Of a DNA stretch of 50,274 bases, positions 27,500 through 36,623 are shown piece by piece (positions within the stretch are counted from its first letter, which is position 1; each line of letters begins with the position of its first letter). Under the pieces are notes generated by a model. The model saw nothing but the letters and a program-made list of their open reading frames with translations. It made no database searches and was not told the origin of the DNA. The position numbers and the translations under genes were made by a program. Source of the stretch: a virus; IMG/VR virus record IMGVR_UViG_3300036945_000811. The stretch is one strand, 5' to 3'.

Positions 27500-29349
27500 A
27501 ATAAACTCAGTTGCCGATACCCAATGTCACCTAAAATTCTTTCTGCTTCAATAACATACCGATTGTAGTCAATATCATCGGGGAACACATCCGGCAGTTC
27601 CATTAGCGGTTTTGCTCCTTCCGTTTCTGGAACTGCGTTTCCCGTCGTCACGTACCTGATCGCTCCGGGTGAGTGTTTTGCATAGTACCACCGAACAGCT
27701 TTTCCGAGGTGAACACCAGCTTTGTGGGCAGAACCTTTCACAGCCCTTACACTCAAAAACTTTGTAATATCTTTACACGACAAAATTGTATCACCAATAG
27801 GTGTACCATCCTTCATTAAAGCAATCACAGCCTCTTTTGAGATATCGTACTTTGGGTTTTTCTTCAATCGGTCACTACCAAAGAATCCTTTACCTTTAAC
27901 TTCCCCGTTTTCTTTTATGGCGAAGTAACTATTTACATCACGACTGTAAATAGCTTTGTAGCGAGTTTCTTCAGTTTCAAAATTAGTAATATTTTCCCAC
28001 AGTGTTATTACATCCATGTAGTCATTGTACCGGTCTTTCTTGACTTTCATCACAATACCGTCAGTGTTAGCACTCACTACTTCAATTCCTGAATCTTCTA
28101 ACATCTCAATAAGTAACAACAACGACAACTGACCTGTAATTGTTACCATTAACATTAAATCAGGACTGTATAGTTTTGAATACATCGAACCGAATTTACC
28201 AAACGATCCATTAATCGTAAGTTTAAGACTATCGGCTGTCACTTTATCACCTTTACGTTTAGCTGCTAATCTGCGTTCTACAATACTGTTATACACATAC
28301 ACAAATGCTTGTGTGAGTTGCTTTGGATATAACATGTTATTCAAAATGATTCTTGGATAGTAGCTCGCAACATCCCTATCAAGTAACATAACGTCGTCAT
28401 CACTTCTGTAATAACAACTCGTTTCTGAACTATGTAATCCACCAATACCCATTCTATACAAACTATTACCTATCCTCACCGTATAGTTTTTTAAAGCATC
28501 GGGTGTAGAAGGTGATCCGTCTGCCGGATTCAACCTGAACTCCAAACTCTCAACCAAATCCAAAGCTGGACGTGTCAGCCAAGCGTTCAGGCGCAAATAC
28601 TCAGGAGCTTGGTAGCGAAGCACCAGATTTGGGTCAAAACGAGGCTTGCGGGGCATGTAGCCGATTTCTTTTGCTACTTCCGATATAATCACCGTCTCAG
28701 CGATTTGAGCGTCTGATTTCGACCGCAAATCCATTCCGTACTGTTTCGACATAGCTGAGCGAAGATCGATCTGTGGGGAAAGCTCAGTGTACGCTAATTC
28801 GAGATCATCAAGGTCATTCAGGCAGTAGTCTTTGATGTATTCCCGTTGCTCTTTGGTAAGCACCGTGTTTGGTGGGTAGGGTAGTGACTGCATTCGTTTG
28901 TTATGCAGTCTTCCAGCGTAAATCTTCTGTGACGCTTTCGGAGCCGGGCACACTTCGATAATGTCAATATGATCTATTGAGTGTTGATCTTCTCCGTAAG
29001 GTCTGCGCTCTTCATTGATAAGTTCATCCGACAATCGTTTCAATTCACCGCAATCTGCGTTTTTATGAGCAGCCCAGATCATTGGCAAATCATAACTATT
29101 ACCATTGAAACTAACAATAGTGAAACGGTACATCACCCACAGTAGGAGTTGTTCGTTGAGGTTCTCGTCATCAGACTGTTCAAGTGTGAATACTTTACCC
29201 GATGGTAAATGTTTTAATGCAAACAACCAGTAGTTTGGATAACACTCTGTATCAAAAACAATTTCGTCACGTAATGGTAGAAGTGTTAGTTCTTCTACCG
29301 TTAAGTAAGAGTGTTGGTTTGGTGTGTATTTGGTTTGGGTTAGTTGCAT
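27496..29349 (-). CDS. DNA polymerase, family B
   Basis: Exo motifs FDTE, NGNSYDLPM, YCLNDLDDL; polymerase motifs DRDVASYYPR (A), KLTINGSFGKFG (B), SANTDGI (C). Confidence 0.85.
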   Translation of the reverse strand: MQLTQTKYTPNQHSYLTVEELTLLPLRDEIVFDTECYPNYWLFALKHLPSGKVFTLEQSDDENLNEQLLLWVMYRFTIVSFNGNSYDLPMIWAAHKNADCGELKRLSDELINEERRPYGEDQHSIDHIDIIEVCPAPKASQKIYAGRLHNKRMQSLPYPPNTVLTKEQREYIKDYCLNDLDDLELAYTELSPQIDLRSAMSKQYGMDLRSKSDAQIAETVIISEVAKEIGYMPRKPRFDPNLVLRYQAPEYLRLNAWLTRPALDLVESLEFRLNPADGSPSTPDALKNYTVRIGNSLYRMGIGGLHSSETSCYYRSDDDVMLLDRDVASYYPRIILNNMLYPKQLTQAFVYVYNSIVERRLAAKRKGDKVTADSLKLTINGSFGKFGSMYSKLYSPDLMLMVTITGQLSLLLLIEMLEDSGIEVVSANTDGIVMKVKKDRYNDYMDVITLWENITNFETEETRYKAIYSRDVNSYFAIKENGEVKGKGFFGSDRLKKNPKYDISKEAVIALMKDGTPIGDTILSCKDITKFLSVRAVKGSAHKAGVHLGKAVRWYYAKHSPGAIRYVTTGNAVPETEGAKPLMELPDVFPDDIDYNRYVIEAERILGDIGYRQLSLF

Positions 29350-29738
29350 TATAGTAATAACAATTCGTCAAAGTTACAAATGTCAACAATAGCACGCGCT
29401 TGATTAATTTCACTTGAAGCAAATCTATCAGTTAGAACTTTTGTTTTAGAGATTTCCATTATCTCTAACAACAAATCAGGGTTTTCTTCAAAATAAACAC
29501 ACCACAAATCCCTGTATCGTAAATACAATTCTTGACGAGTCAATGCGCATAATGGAGGTTTCCCTTTACCTGACATCAGATCGTTGCTAACAGACCGATA
29601 CCCTTTTATATCAAGTTGGTATACTTCCTCTATTGTTTTACCATTATTCGATTTAGCATAAAATGCTGAAAAACGTTTGTCACCTGTCGATGAACACTCG
29701 TAACCGTTTGTTGAATAACGTGACCATGTAGCTGTCAT
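29349..29738 (-). CDS. Hypothetical protein (129 aa)
   Basis: ORF track; coupled between the helicase and polymerase genes. The GYECSSTGDKRFSAFYA motif was not assigned to a family. Confidence 0.65.
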   Translation of the reverse strand: MTATWSRYSTNGYECSSTGDKRFSAFYAKSNNGKTIEEVYQLDIKGYRSVSNDLMSGKGKPPLCALTRQELYLRYRDLWCVYFEENPDLLLEIMEISKTKVLTDRFASSEINQARAIVDICNFDELLLL

Positions 29739-29741
29739 AAT

Positions 29742-31316
29742 TCAAAATTTATAATCATTAACAATATCGTACTTCCCACCAACTTTAACCTCAATCTCAT
29801 AAGGCTTCGCAATGTATTCCACCAACTGCATAAACTCCTGAGCTGTTCTCGGAGCCGGAGCCTCTGACCGAGACACCCACCATTTCGCAAACTGCGATCC
29901 ACCCCTGCCGGGAAACACGTACTCATCGAACCTACGCAATCCTGACCAATACGTTACCTTGATACACTCAGGCCCTCCTTTCTTTGGCTTATGGACGTTG
30001 TAGAAAGCGTTACTGACGTGAACCCAAAGCGATTCCGGTAGTTTGTTCGATGACCGGATAATATCAGCGTCACCGGCGGTTCTGGTCAGTTTGGTGTACT
30101 TCGGGAACTCATACCCACAGTTGTCGCACACCCTGACTGAAGCGTGAACGAGGACGTTACATTGTGGACAAACCTTAACGGGAGCTGTACCTGATTTCAA
30201 ACCTTTTTTACGAGGAATGACCGGATCGTTGATCGGGCCAAGATTTGAGACGTTACGGGCAAAGTCAAGAACGAGACAGTCAGTTTTGCCGGGTGAGATT
30301 CGAGTTCCCCTTCCCAACATCTGAACATGAAGTCCCGGACTGGTTGTCGGTCTGAACGATCCGATCAAATCAATTCCGGGATGGTCAAAACCAGTCGTCA
30401 GGACATTGTTATTGGTAACACACTGCAAAGCTCCACTCTTGAAATCTCGAAGCACCTCATCACGGTCTTGTGTCATTTTTGAATGAACAGCTACAGCACT
30501 CACCCCTTGTTCCCGTAGATACTCAGCCATGTGTTCGGAATGGTCAATACCTGAACTGAAAAGCAACCATGATTTTCTATTAACCCCATAGGTTAACAAT
30601 TCTTTTAAAGCTGCCGACGTAACATCTTTCTTATCGACAGCGGCTTGTAGTTCGCCTTTTTTATAATCACCTGTTGAGTCTATACCCACATTAGAAACGT
30701 CTAATTCGGTTTCCGTTGGTCTCGGTATAAGTTTACAAAGAAATCCAGCATCGAGTAGTTCATTAAAACCTTGTAAGTTTGTTTTGTTATAACAAATGTC
30801 AGTAAATATACCACCGTCAGTTAACATCCCCTGACCCATACGATAAGGAGTGGCTGTCAAACCAACTACTCGTAAAGACGGATTAATTGCTGTTAATTCT
30901 GTTACAATCTTACTGTACATCGTACCGTCTTTCGGAGAAATAAGGTGGCACTCATCTACGATGACTATATCTCTATGACCGAACTCTTTAACATTACCAA
31001 CAACAGAAGCTACTCCACCAAAGACTATCGGGAACCGCACATCTTTTCTATCAAGTCCTGCGCTATAGATACCAGCCGGAGCCGTAGGCCATATACGCTT
31101 CAAAGTATCGTAGTCCTGTTTTATAAGCTCCTTAACGTGAGTAAGAATAAGAAATCGCGCGTTCGGATGTTGTTTTAACAACAATTCTATAAACAGGCAA
31201 AGTATATATGCTTTTCCGGTTCCTGTTGGAAGCGCAACTAAAGGATTACCTTGTTGTTCTGTAAGATAATCCCATATTGCGTCAACTGCTTGCGTTTGAT
31301 AATATCTTGGTCTCAT
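29742..31316 (-). CDS. Superfamily 2 DEAD/DEAH-box helicase with a C-terminal zinc ribbon
   Basis: Motif I LPTGTGKA, motif II DECH, motif III TATP, motif VI QMLGRGTR, and CPQC...CDNC. Confidence 0.9.
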   Translation of the reverse strand: MRPRYYQTQAVDAIWDYLTEQQGNPLVALPTGTGKAYILCLFIELLLKQHPNARFLILTHVKELIKQDYDTLKRIWPTAPAGIYSAGLDRKDVRFPIVFGGVASVVGNVKEFGHRDIVIVDECHLISPKDGTMYSKIVTELTAINPSLRVVGLTATPYRMGQGMLTDGGIFTDICYNKTNLQGFNELLDAGFLCKLIPRPTETELDVSNVGIDSTGDYKKGELQAAVDKKDVTSAALKELLTYGVNRKSWLLFSSGIDHSEHMAEYLREQGVSAVAVHSKMTQDRDEVLRDFKSGALQCVTNNNVLTTGFDHPGIDLIGSFRPTTSPGLHVQMLGRGTRISPGKTDCLVLDFARNVSNLGPINDPVIPRKKGLKSGTAPVKVCPQCNVLVHASVRVCDNCGYEFPKYTKLTRTAGDADIIRSSNKLPESLWVHVSNAFYNVHKPKKGGPECIKVTYWSGLRRFDEYVFPGRGGSQFAKWWVSRSEAPAPRTAQEFMQLVEYIAKPYEIEVKVGGKYDIVNDYKF

Positions 31317-31816
31317 CAGTAGTTTGCAAATTCTCCAAAATGTAAATCTGCTTCTTTTTTGTATGCAGCGAAAGCCTCTTCAGCAGAACAAAAATGTCCA
31401 ATATGTTTTCTTTTATTATGTATTCCTATTTGAGCAATCCATCTGTGTTTAACTTTATTGAAGTAGACACCTTTATACCCACTCTTGTTATTGACATGAA
31501 GTGATTTTGTGTTTCCGCTATTTTGAGAAAGTGTAGCTTTTCTTAAATTACAAAACCTATTATCATCATATTTTCTATTAATATGATCTATTACTCTTAA
31601 CGGTAATTCGCCTGTAACATAAAACCAAGCAAGATTGTGAGCAAGATAAAATTTTCGATAAAGCATTATTTGAATATGCCCGTTAGTATTAGGAGTTCCT
31701 GCAATTTGACCAACATGAGTTCCACCTATAGTTGTTTTGTGAACAAACAACCCTGTTTCACTATTATAATCTAATCTGTATTTTAGTTTGTCTATGGTTA
31801 ACATACCGACTCCCAC
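31316..31816 (-). CDS. Free-standing HNH homing endonuclease with an AP2 DNA-binding domain
   Basis: IDHINRKYDDNRFCNLRKATLSQN (HNH) followed by SGYKGVYFNKVKHRWIAQIG...FCSAEEAFAAYKKEA (AP2). The start may be Met5 (31804). Confidence 0.85.
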   Translation of the reverse strand: MGVGMLTIDKLKYRLDYNSETGLFVHKTTIGGTHVGQIAGTPNTNGHIQIMLYRKFYLAHNLAWFYVTGELPLRVIDHINRKYDDNRFCNLRKATLSQNSGNTKSLHVNNKSGYKGVYFNKVKHRWIAQIGIHNKRKHIGHFCSAEEAFAAYKKEADLHFGEFANY

Positions 31817-32796
31817 TGGTCACAACCAGTTTTTATAGTTTCTTTACTCAACACATCACCACTCATCTCACATCCCCATTCAGCATTTTCAATAGGTATT
31901 GCACTTTTACACGATCTGCAATTCTTTTCAGGCCCGTTACCGTCAAAACAAATACCTTTAAAGTGACAATATTTAGCACCGTAGTTTTGCTCAAAGTTGT
32001 AATACGACGACGAACTACATGTTCGTGGTGGAGCGTCTTTACTATTAATTATGTAATCAGCTTTACGCTCCATTTCTTTACCAACATTCCAATTAAGCTC
32101 TTCAACCTCAACATGTAAATGGTCGTTGTCTTTGTTAATCATTAGGTAAACTATATATTTAATTCCATAGTTATAACCGTATGTACAAGTCTGCGCCCAA
32201 TGCTGCGGTTTAGCAACCTGAAGTCCATTCTCAACCATTTTACCAAACTTCTTTGGCCCTGTTCCAGAGGTCTTAAACTCAAGGAGAACGTATTCACCTG
32301 TGGGAACAAACTTCAGTGGCAGAACTCCGATACCGTCCAATGATCCTGCGAAGTGTCCGTTGCAGGCTGAAATACGAAACTGCTTCTTGCAAAGGTCAAC
32401 GCCATCTTTCTTTGCCCATTCAAGGTACTCAGGAGGCACTTCTTTAATGAGTTGGTCTTTGTACTTACCTATCTTTATTTTGTCGTCAGGAATCCAATTT
32501 GGGTCAAACTCATGCACCTCAAAACCAGCACCCTTTAACCACTCGACAAACCGTTCCTCCTCTCGGTGTCCGCGATTGAATAGCCGGTACATTTGCCCTG
32601 AGAACTGCTCTTGGCGTACCCATCGAAAGTTGTACCAAAGATACCGAGAACAAGGGTGTCCTATAAGAGATGCACCCAAATGACCTCGTGGCTCTTCGCT
32701 GTAATGGTCAACACAAAAAGCATCAATCTGGCGTTTGATTTCGTGAGATAGTAGCTGCCGGTGCGCAGGGCTTGAGAGATCGTAGATTTCTGGCAT
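31798..32796 (-). CDS. PD-(D/E)XK (RecB/Cas4-like) exonuclease with a C-terminal Cys cluster
   Basis: GSLDGIGV ... LLEFKTSG (D...ExK) and several C-terminal cysteines (CHFKGIC, CRSC, GC). Confidence 0.7.
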   Translation of the reverse strand: MPEIYDLSSPAHRQLLSHEIKRQIDAFCVDHYSEEPRGHLGASLIGHPCSRYLWYNFRWVRQEQFSGQMYRLFNRGHREEERFVEWLKGAGFEVHEFDPNWIPDDKIKIGKYKDQLIKEVPPEYLEWAKKDGVDLCKKQFRISACNGHFAGSLDGIGVLPLKFVPTGEYVLLEFKTSGTGPKKFGKMVENGLQVAKPQHWAQTCTYGYNYGIKYIVYLMINKDNDHLHVEVEELNWNVGKEMERKADYIINSKDAPPRTCSSSSYYNFEQNYGAKYCHFKGICFDGNGPEKNCRSCKSAIPIENAEWGCEMSGDVLSKETIKTGCDQWESVC

Positions 32797-33737
32797 TATA
32801 TTGATACCTTTTGTTTAGCTTTAATTGTTTCATAATCATCCGCCACCATCTTATCTTGTCTAACTTCATCGAACCGAGGATGTGATAGACTCCAAGTGTC
32901 TTTGTTTTTAGCCATAGTTAGTTTTTCATACAACACCCGTATAATCGAACCTACCCATTCATACGTATAAGTTCTCTCCTCATCACTTAATCCTGTACCC
33001 ACATCAACTTGCACCATACCGTCACATGATTCACACTGTAGCGAACCGAGTAATCCTTTGTTCTTACCTTTACCTTCAATCCAGTCAACAACTTTTAAGT
33101 CACACTCTTCAACGTTTTTCAATTTAATTTGATGAGGCGAAGTGTGGTTTTTCCAACCGGCGTTCATGTTTTTAAGAACAGCACCTTCATAACCTTGTCG
33201 GATATAGTCTTCAGCTATCGCAATAGCTTCTTCCTGAGATTCTACAATCTGCGATTCGATTATTTGAACACGGTCAGGATCAAATTGCAAAGTACATAAC
33301 CATTCAATCCGTTCAGCATAAGGCACTTTACATTCTCCGGCAATCCAATCTTCGTAGGGCATGACATCCCACAGATGAAGAATTGTGTTTTGTTGAATCC
33401 AATCGTAATCTTTACGAACATCTTCTGTTGGAAACATAGATTCGATCACAGTACCTTTTTGAAGTAAACGATTCATCAAACCATTACTCGTGTGTCGGTC
33501 TTTTCCGGCGACAATAGCTTCTCCGTGAAAGACAAGTCCGTTATAAAATTCAAATAAAGGTGAGTGACAAGCTAACTCAAATGGCTCACCAACTCTTGTC
33601 ATAAAACTACACACACCATCTACGATAATAACATTGACAAACATCCCATCGCATTTTTTTTGAACAATAGCCGGATAAATAATTCTATCAAGTTTATCTA
33701 ACTTGGAACATCTTTGGTAAGGTGGATTAGCTGGCAT
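32796..33737 (-). CDS. ATP-dependent DNA ligase
   Basis: Motif I KCDG (KxDG), motif IV EGAVLK, motif V IKLK; 313 aa. Confidence 0.85.
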   Translation of the reverse strand: MPANPPYQRCSKLDKLDRIIYPAIVQKKCDGMFVNVIIVDGVCSFMTRVGEPFELACHSPLFEFYNGLVFHGEAIVAGKDRHTSNGLMNRLLQKGTVIESMFPTEDVRKDYDWIQQNTILHLWDVMPYEDWIAGECKVPYAERIEWLCTLQFDPDRVQIIESQIVESQEEAIAIAEDYIRQGYEGAVLKNMNAGWKNHTSPHQIKLKNVEECDLKVVDWIEGKGKNKGLLGSLQCESCDGMVQVDVGTGLSDEERTYTYEWVGSIIRVLYEKLTMAKNKDTWSLSHPRFDEVRQDKMVADDYETIKAKQKVSI

Positions 33738-33960
33738 TAGTGTTTACAATTAAATTAGAAAAACCTTTTCGACTCAACCATTCGTCTGAATCAAGCTTGT
33801 TATAAAAGCCTTGTCTTTTCGATTCCTTAATAGCTTCGGCTATTGCGAAATCTTGTTTTCTTTTACAACAATGATAATTCAAAGTCGACTCTTTGTAATT
33901 GTCGCCTATGGTAACATACCATAAGTTTTTACATTTTCGGACATACCAACCTTTAGACAT
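33727..33960 (-). CDS. Hypothetical protein (77 aa)
   Basis: ORF track; first gene after the tRNA-containing gap; leader carries AACCACTAC. Confidence 0.55.
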   Translation of the reverse strand: MSKGWYVRKCKNLWYVTIGDNYKESTLNYHCCKRKQDFAIAEAIKESKRQGFYNKLDSDEWLSRKGFSNLIVNTNAS

Positions 33961-34106
33961 ATTCGGTTAATTGTAGTGGTTAAAAGTAACATCGCAGAAT
34001 CTATTTACGGCCAATATTTAACTCTTTTGGAATATGTATGCCTATGATTCCAGCCAACGCACCTTATAAAGTTTGCCGAAAGGTGTAGCGCAACGATGTT
34101 TGTGGG

Positions 34107-34179
34107 CTGAGAGAAAGGGACTCGAACCCTCTTCCGTTGGTAGCATATACCACTGCTCAACCCTTGAGCTACCTCTCAG
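34107..34179 (-). tRNA. tRNA-shaped gene 1, non-canonical anticodon loop AUAUGCU (nominal anticodon AUG)
   Basis: Hand fold: acceptor TGAGAGG/TCTCTCA plus a -1:73 C:G pair, TA, D arm GCTC-AAGGGTT-GAGC, anticodon arm GTGGT-ATATGCT-ACCAA, T arm GAGGG-TTCGAGT-CCCTT. Confidence 0.6.
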
Positions 34180-34209
34180 TTGTCAGGAGATCATCCCTGA
34201 GCAATCTCG

Positions 34210-34292
34210 ATCCTGTGACGGGAGTCGAACCCGCATCACCTCCGTTCACTGTTATGCGATTGGCGGTGCTCTACCAGTTAAGCTACACAGGA
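34210..34292 (-). tRNA. tRNA-shaped gene 2 (83 nt) with 18 nt between the anticodon-stem halves
   Basis: Hand fold: acceptor TCCTGTG/CACAGGA, TA, D arm GCTT-AACTGGTA-GAGC, CCGCC-AATCGCATAACAGTGAAC-GGAGG, variable TGAT, T arm GCGGG-TTCGACT-CCCGT. Confidence 0.5.
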
Positions 34293-34301
34293 ACCGTTTA
34301 C

Positions 34302-34919
34302 TTATTTCTTCGCAAACGGAAATGGCGTCCTACCACCAGTAACCGCAGGAGCCGACGCTGGCGCAGACTTCGGTACAAACTGTCTTGTCGCTGGCGCAAC
34401 AGGAGCCGTAGATGCAACAGGTGCGCTGAACTGCGGTTTACCAGAAGCCTGAGCAGGAGCGTCTCCTTTCTGCGGTGCGTTACAGTCGATATCAAGTACC
34501 TTCTTTACTTCGGAACCTGACTTCGTATCGCCATTTTTAGCCTTGTAAGTCGTCGGTACAGTTATCACTCTAAACGACTGACCATGTAGTTCTTCAGTTG
34601 CGTTGAATACAGGACTGCCGATAACAGCAGCGATCTTCGCCAAACTTTCCCATGCGATACGTTCTGTCGTTTCGCTTTCGTTTCGGACATTCAGCCTCCA
34701 CACACCTTCCGATCCGGTGTGTTCACCGTCAATAACTATCAAGTGTAGTTCAATGAAAAACGATCCCGGTTTATTTCTCGATTCAACGAGAGGGCTGTCT
34801 GTGATAACGACAGGAAGTCCTTCCGGCCCGGACACGGGCAACTGTCCCTGAACGTCATCGAGATTGAAATCGTAAGCGTTGAAGGGCTGACCTCCGAAAA
34901 ATTCTGCAATGTTTGCCAT
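34302..34919 (-). CDS. DUF669-type phage protein (SSB-like partner of Sak4) with a Pro/Ala-rich C-terminal tail
   Basis: LPVSGPEGLPVVITDSPLVESRNKPGSFFIELHLIVIDGEHTGSEGVWRLN fits the DUF669 pattern; adjacent to the Sak4-like ATPase. Confidence 0.65.
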   Translation of the reverse strand: MANIAEFFGGQPFNAYDFNLDDVQGQLPVSGPEGLPVVITDSPLVESRNKPGSFFIELHLIVIDGEHTGSEGVWRLNVRNESETTERIAWESLAKIAAVIGSPVFNATEELHGQSFRVITVPTTYKAKNGDTKSGSEVKKVLDIDCNAPQKGDAPAQASGKPQFSAPVASTAPVAPATRQFVPKSAPASAPAVTGGRTPFPFAKK

Positions 34920-34936
34920 AGTTGTGTTTTGTTTTG

Positions 34937-35134
34937 TTAAAGCAATGTTAGTTGATTAGGTGATGGTTGATTGTAAGACGTGTCAATAAACAGTTTACAT
35001 TGTTTTATTTTATTTTCACATTGATGTATTACTGTTTTTAAAAACTCGGTATCAGAACTATTCACAACGATACCTTCTTCAAGTTGTCTCATAAGATCGT
35101 CCAATTGACGAGTTTGATGAACATTGTTAGCCAT
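34937..35134 (-). CDS. Hypothetical protein (65 aa)
   Basis: ORF track; overlaps the Sak4 gene end by 8 nt. Confidence 0.5.
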   Translation of the reverse strand: MANNVHQTRQLDDLMRQLEEGIVVNSSDTEFLKTVIHQCENKIKQCKLFIDTSYNQPSPNQLTLL

Positions 35135-35825
35135 TTATAATCTTGTTAAAAATGTGAGTCAAGTCTGGCGGTTCCCACAAATCAAGTGAACCGCTTCTGT
35201 CTTTCGCAATGTACATTTGATCGCCCGATGTTAACAAGGCCCTTGTTTTTTCTTTTGTCTGGGGGTCAGTATGCACATACATATTCAATACTTCATCAAA
35301 AAAGTAAGGTACTTGGTTTGGCAGTTTCGTACCCGGCATCATAGGTCTGTATGAGATTCCACCAGTTGTTCCGTTTTTAACATCCTCTTCTTTACAAGAA
35401 AAGTAAACGTTTTTACCGGGCAAATCTCTAAACTTGCGAATGAGTTCGAGCATTTTTTCTTGAACTTCTCCATAGGCTTGACGAGGGTCTCTATTGTTCT
35501 TTTTCAAGTCAGCCAATACAACCTCACCAATTTCAGAAAGAGAATCCAGACAAATAGTGTCAAACATGGTCATTGAATAACCACCGAGTTCTTTTCCATC
35601 CATAATGGCTTCGTTAACCTCTTCCAATTCAGCAAACGTACTTATCTCAATGTAAGGTAAAACAAGCTTACGTAAAGCCAACAAACCAGACTCAGCACTC
35701 AGAATAATGGGGTTTGGTGCAGTTCCACAAAGTGTTGTTTTTCCCGATCCAGCGGGGCCGTACACTACAACTTTTACACCATTAGTTGTTACGTCGGCAG
35801 TGTTTTTAATTGTTATAGGCATCAT
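35127..35825 (-). CDS. Sak4-like (AAA_24) RecA-fold recombination ATPase
   Basis: Walker A VVVYGPAGSGKTTL at the N-terminus; 232 aa; usual pairing with a DUF669 gene. Confidence 0.8.
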   Translation of the reverse strand: MMPITIKNTADVTTNGVKVVVYGPAGSGKTTLCGTAPNPIILSAESGLLALRKLVLPYIEISTFAELEEVNEAIMDGKELGGYSMTMFDTICLDSLSEIGEVVLADLKKNNRDPRQAYGEVQEKMLELIRKFRDLPGKNVYFSCKEEDVKNGTTGGISYRPMMPGTKLPNQVPYFFDEVLNMYVHTDPQTKEKTRALLTSGDQMYIAKDRSGSLDLWEPPDLTHIFNKIING

Positions 35826-36030
35826 TGAACATAGTTAAAGATTTATCTGCAAAACGCATACGGTCAGAACAAAACCGTTTCCCAATCCCAATTCCTACAA
35901 ATTTAGAACCAAACCAAATCAAAAACTTATCGAATGTTGAATAACTTAATACAAAATTACAATCATCTTCACTGTAACAAGTTCCTTTATAATCTCATTG
36001 ACATTTTTGGCAGTATTCCATATATTTAAA

Positions 36031-36186
36031 TCATGATATTATTAAATCACCATCAAAGTCAAGTTCGATAGTTGTTGGTCTGTCAAGTCGTGTCTCACCG
36101 TCTTCAATCCAAACTTCTTTATCCAAATCAATCTTTTCAACCATAACAAGTCGAACCATTTCTTGCCACAAATCACGAACTATCAT
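36031..36186 (-). CDS. Small hypothetical ORF (51 aa)
   Basis: Hand translation MIVRDLWQEMVRLVMVEKIDLDKEVWIEDGETRLDRPTTIELDFDGDLIIS; ATGA overlap with the upstream gene and a GAAGGAGG SD. Confidence 0.4.
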   Translation of the reverse strand: MIVRDLWQEMVRLVMVEKIDLDKEVWIEDGETRLDRPTTIELDFDGDLIIS

Positions 36187-36623
36187 TTAACCTCCTTCGG
36201 AGCGACCAGATCCAAGGAAGGCGATGCTTCTTTAACCACAATGTAAGGATTGATGATTTCTTGCACTGTGGGTAACAACTTCTTATAAGATGTAGCGTTA
36301 AACTCAATCTTCACTTTAAATAAAGTTTTCAAAATTGTATCCGAATCAGGCAAATCGCTTAACTTTACCCACAATTCGGTTAAATCCTTTCCGGCTTCAC
36401 TGTCCAATAAGTTAAAACTAAAGTCCCTACCTTTCTCCCATTCGTAAGTCTGTTTAAAAGTAGCTTTAAGTTTCCAATCCTCACCAATTTCAACATTCTC
36501 AGTTCCCTCAACCTTGTGAGTAGGAAACATTTCTGAAATCACTTCTTTGCGAAGTTCAGCTTCCTGTTTCTTAATAGTTTTAAGCTGTTCATTAAGTTCA
36601 GCCCATTTTTGAAGTGCGGACAT
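36183..36623 (-). CDS. Hypothetical protein (146 aa) with an N-terminal coiled coil
   Basis: ORF track; leader carries AACCACTAC. Confidence 0.65.
   Translation of the reverse strand: MSALQKWAELNEQLKTIKKQEAELRKEVISEMFPTHKVEGTENVEIGEDWKLKATFKQTYEWEKGRDFSFNLLDSEAGKDLTELWVKLSDLPDSDTILKTLFKVKIEFNATSYKKLLPTVQEIINPYIVVKEASPSLDLVAPKEVK

Noticed and set aside
31732-32118. 128-aa plus-strand ORF; likewise 1763..2068, 12512..12877, 13699..14154, 21167..21541 and 22385..22774
   Set aside because: All lie entirely within, and antisense to, genes with clear motifs or module context. I treat them as shadow ORFs.
34221-34245. GGAGGTGAT (perfect SD-like sequence) inside tRNA-shaped gene 2, followed by an ATG
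   Set aside because: The spacing to the ATG is only 2 nt and the downstream frame is 17 codons across structured RNA. GGAGG-type strings are common in the tRNA variable/T-stem junction.
34210-34292. Archaeal-type short intron (bulge-helix-bulge) as the explanation for the 18-nt anticodon region, implying an archaeal host
   Set aside because: No excision of 11 contiguous nt yields a 7-nt loop with U33. The GH19 lysin, HU-like protein, VRR-NUC, Sak4/DUF669 and DUF3310 genes are typical of bacteriophages.
34073-34520. Plus-strand ORFs of 89 and 127 aa
   Set aside because: They run across the two tRNA-shaped genes and antisense to the DUF669 gene. The Arg/Ser-rich composition is typical of antisense frames.
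35998-36026. Near-consensus sigma70 promoter TTGACA - 17 nt - TATATT on the plus strand
   Set aside because: It points antisense into a 4-kb run of minus-strand genes with no plus-strand ORF downstream. In about 100 kb of AT-rich sequence (both strands), I estimate one or two such matches are expected by chance.
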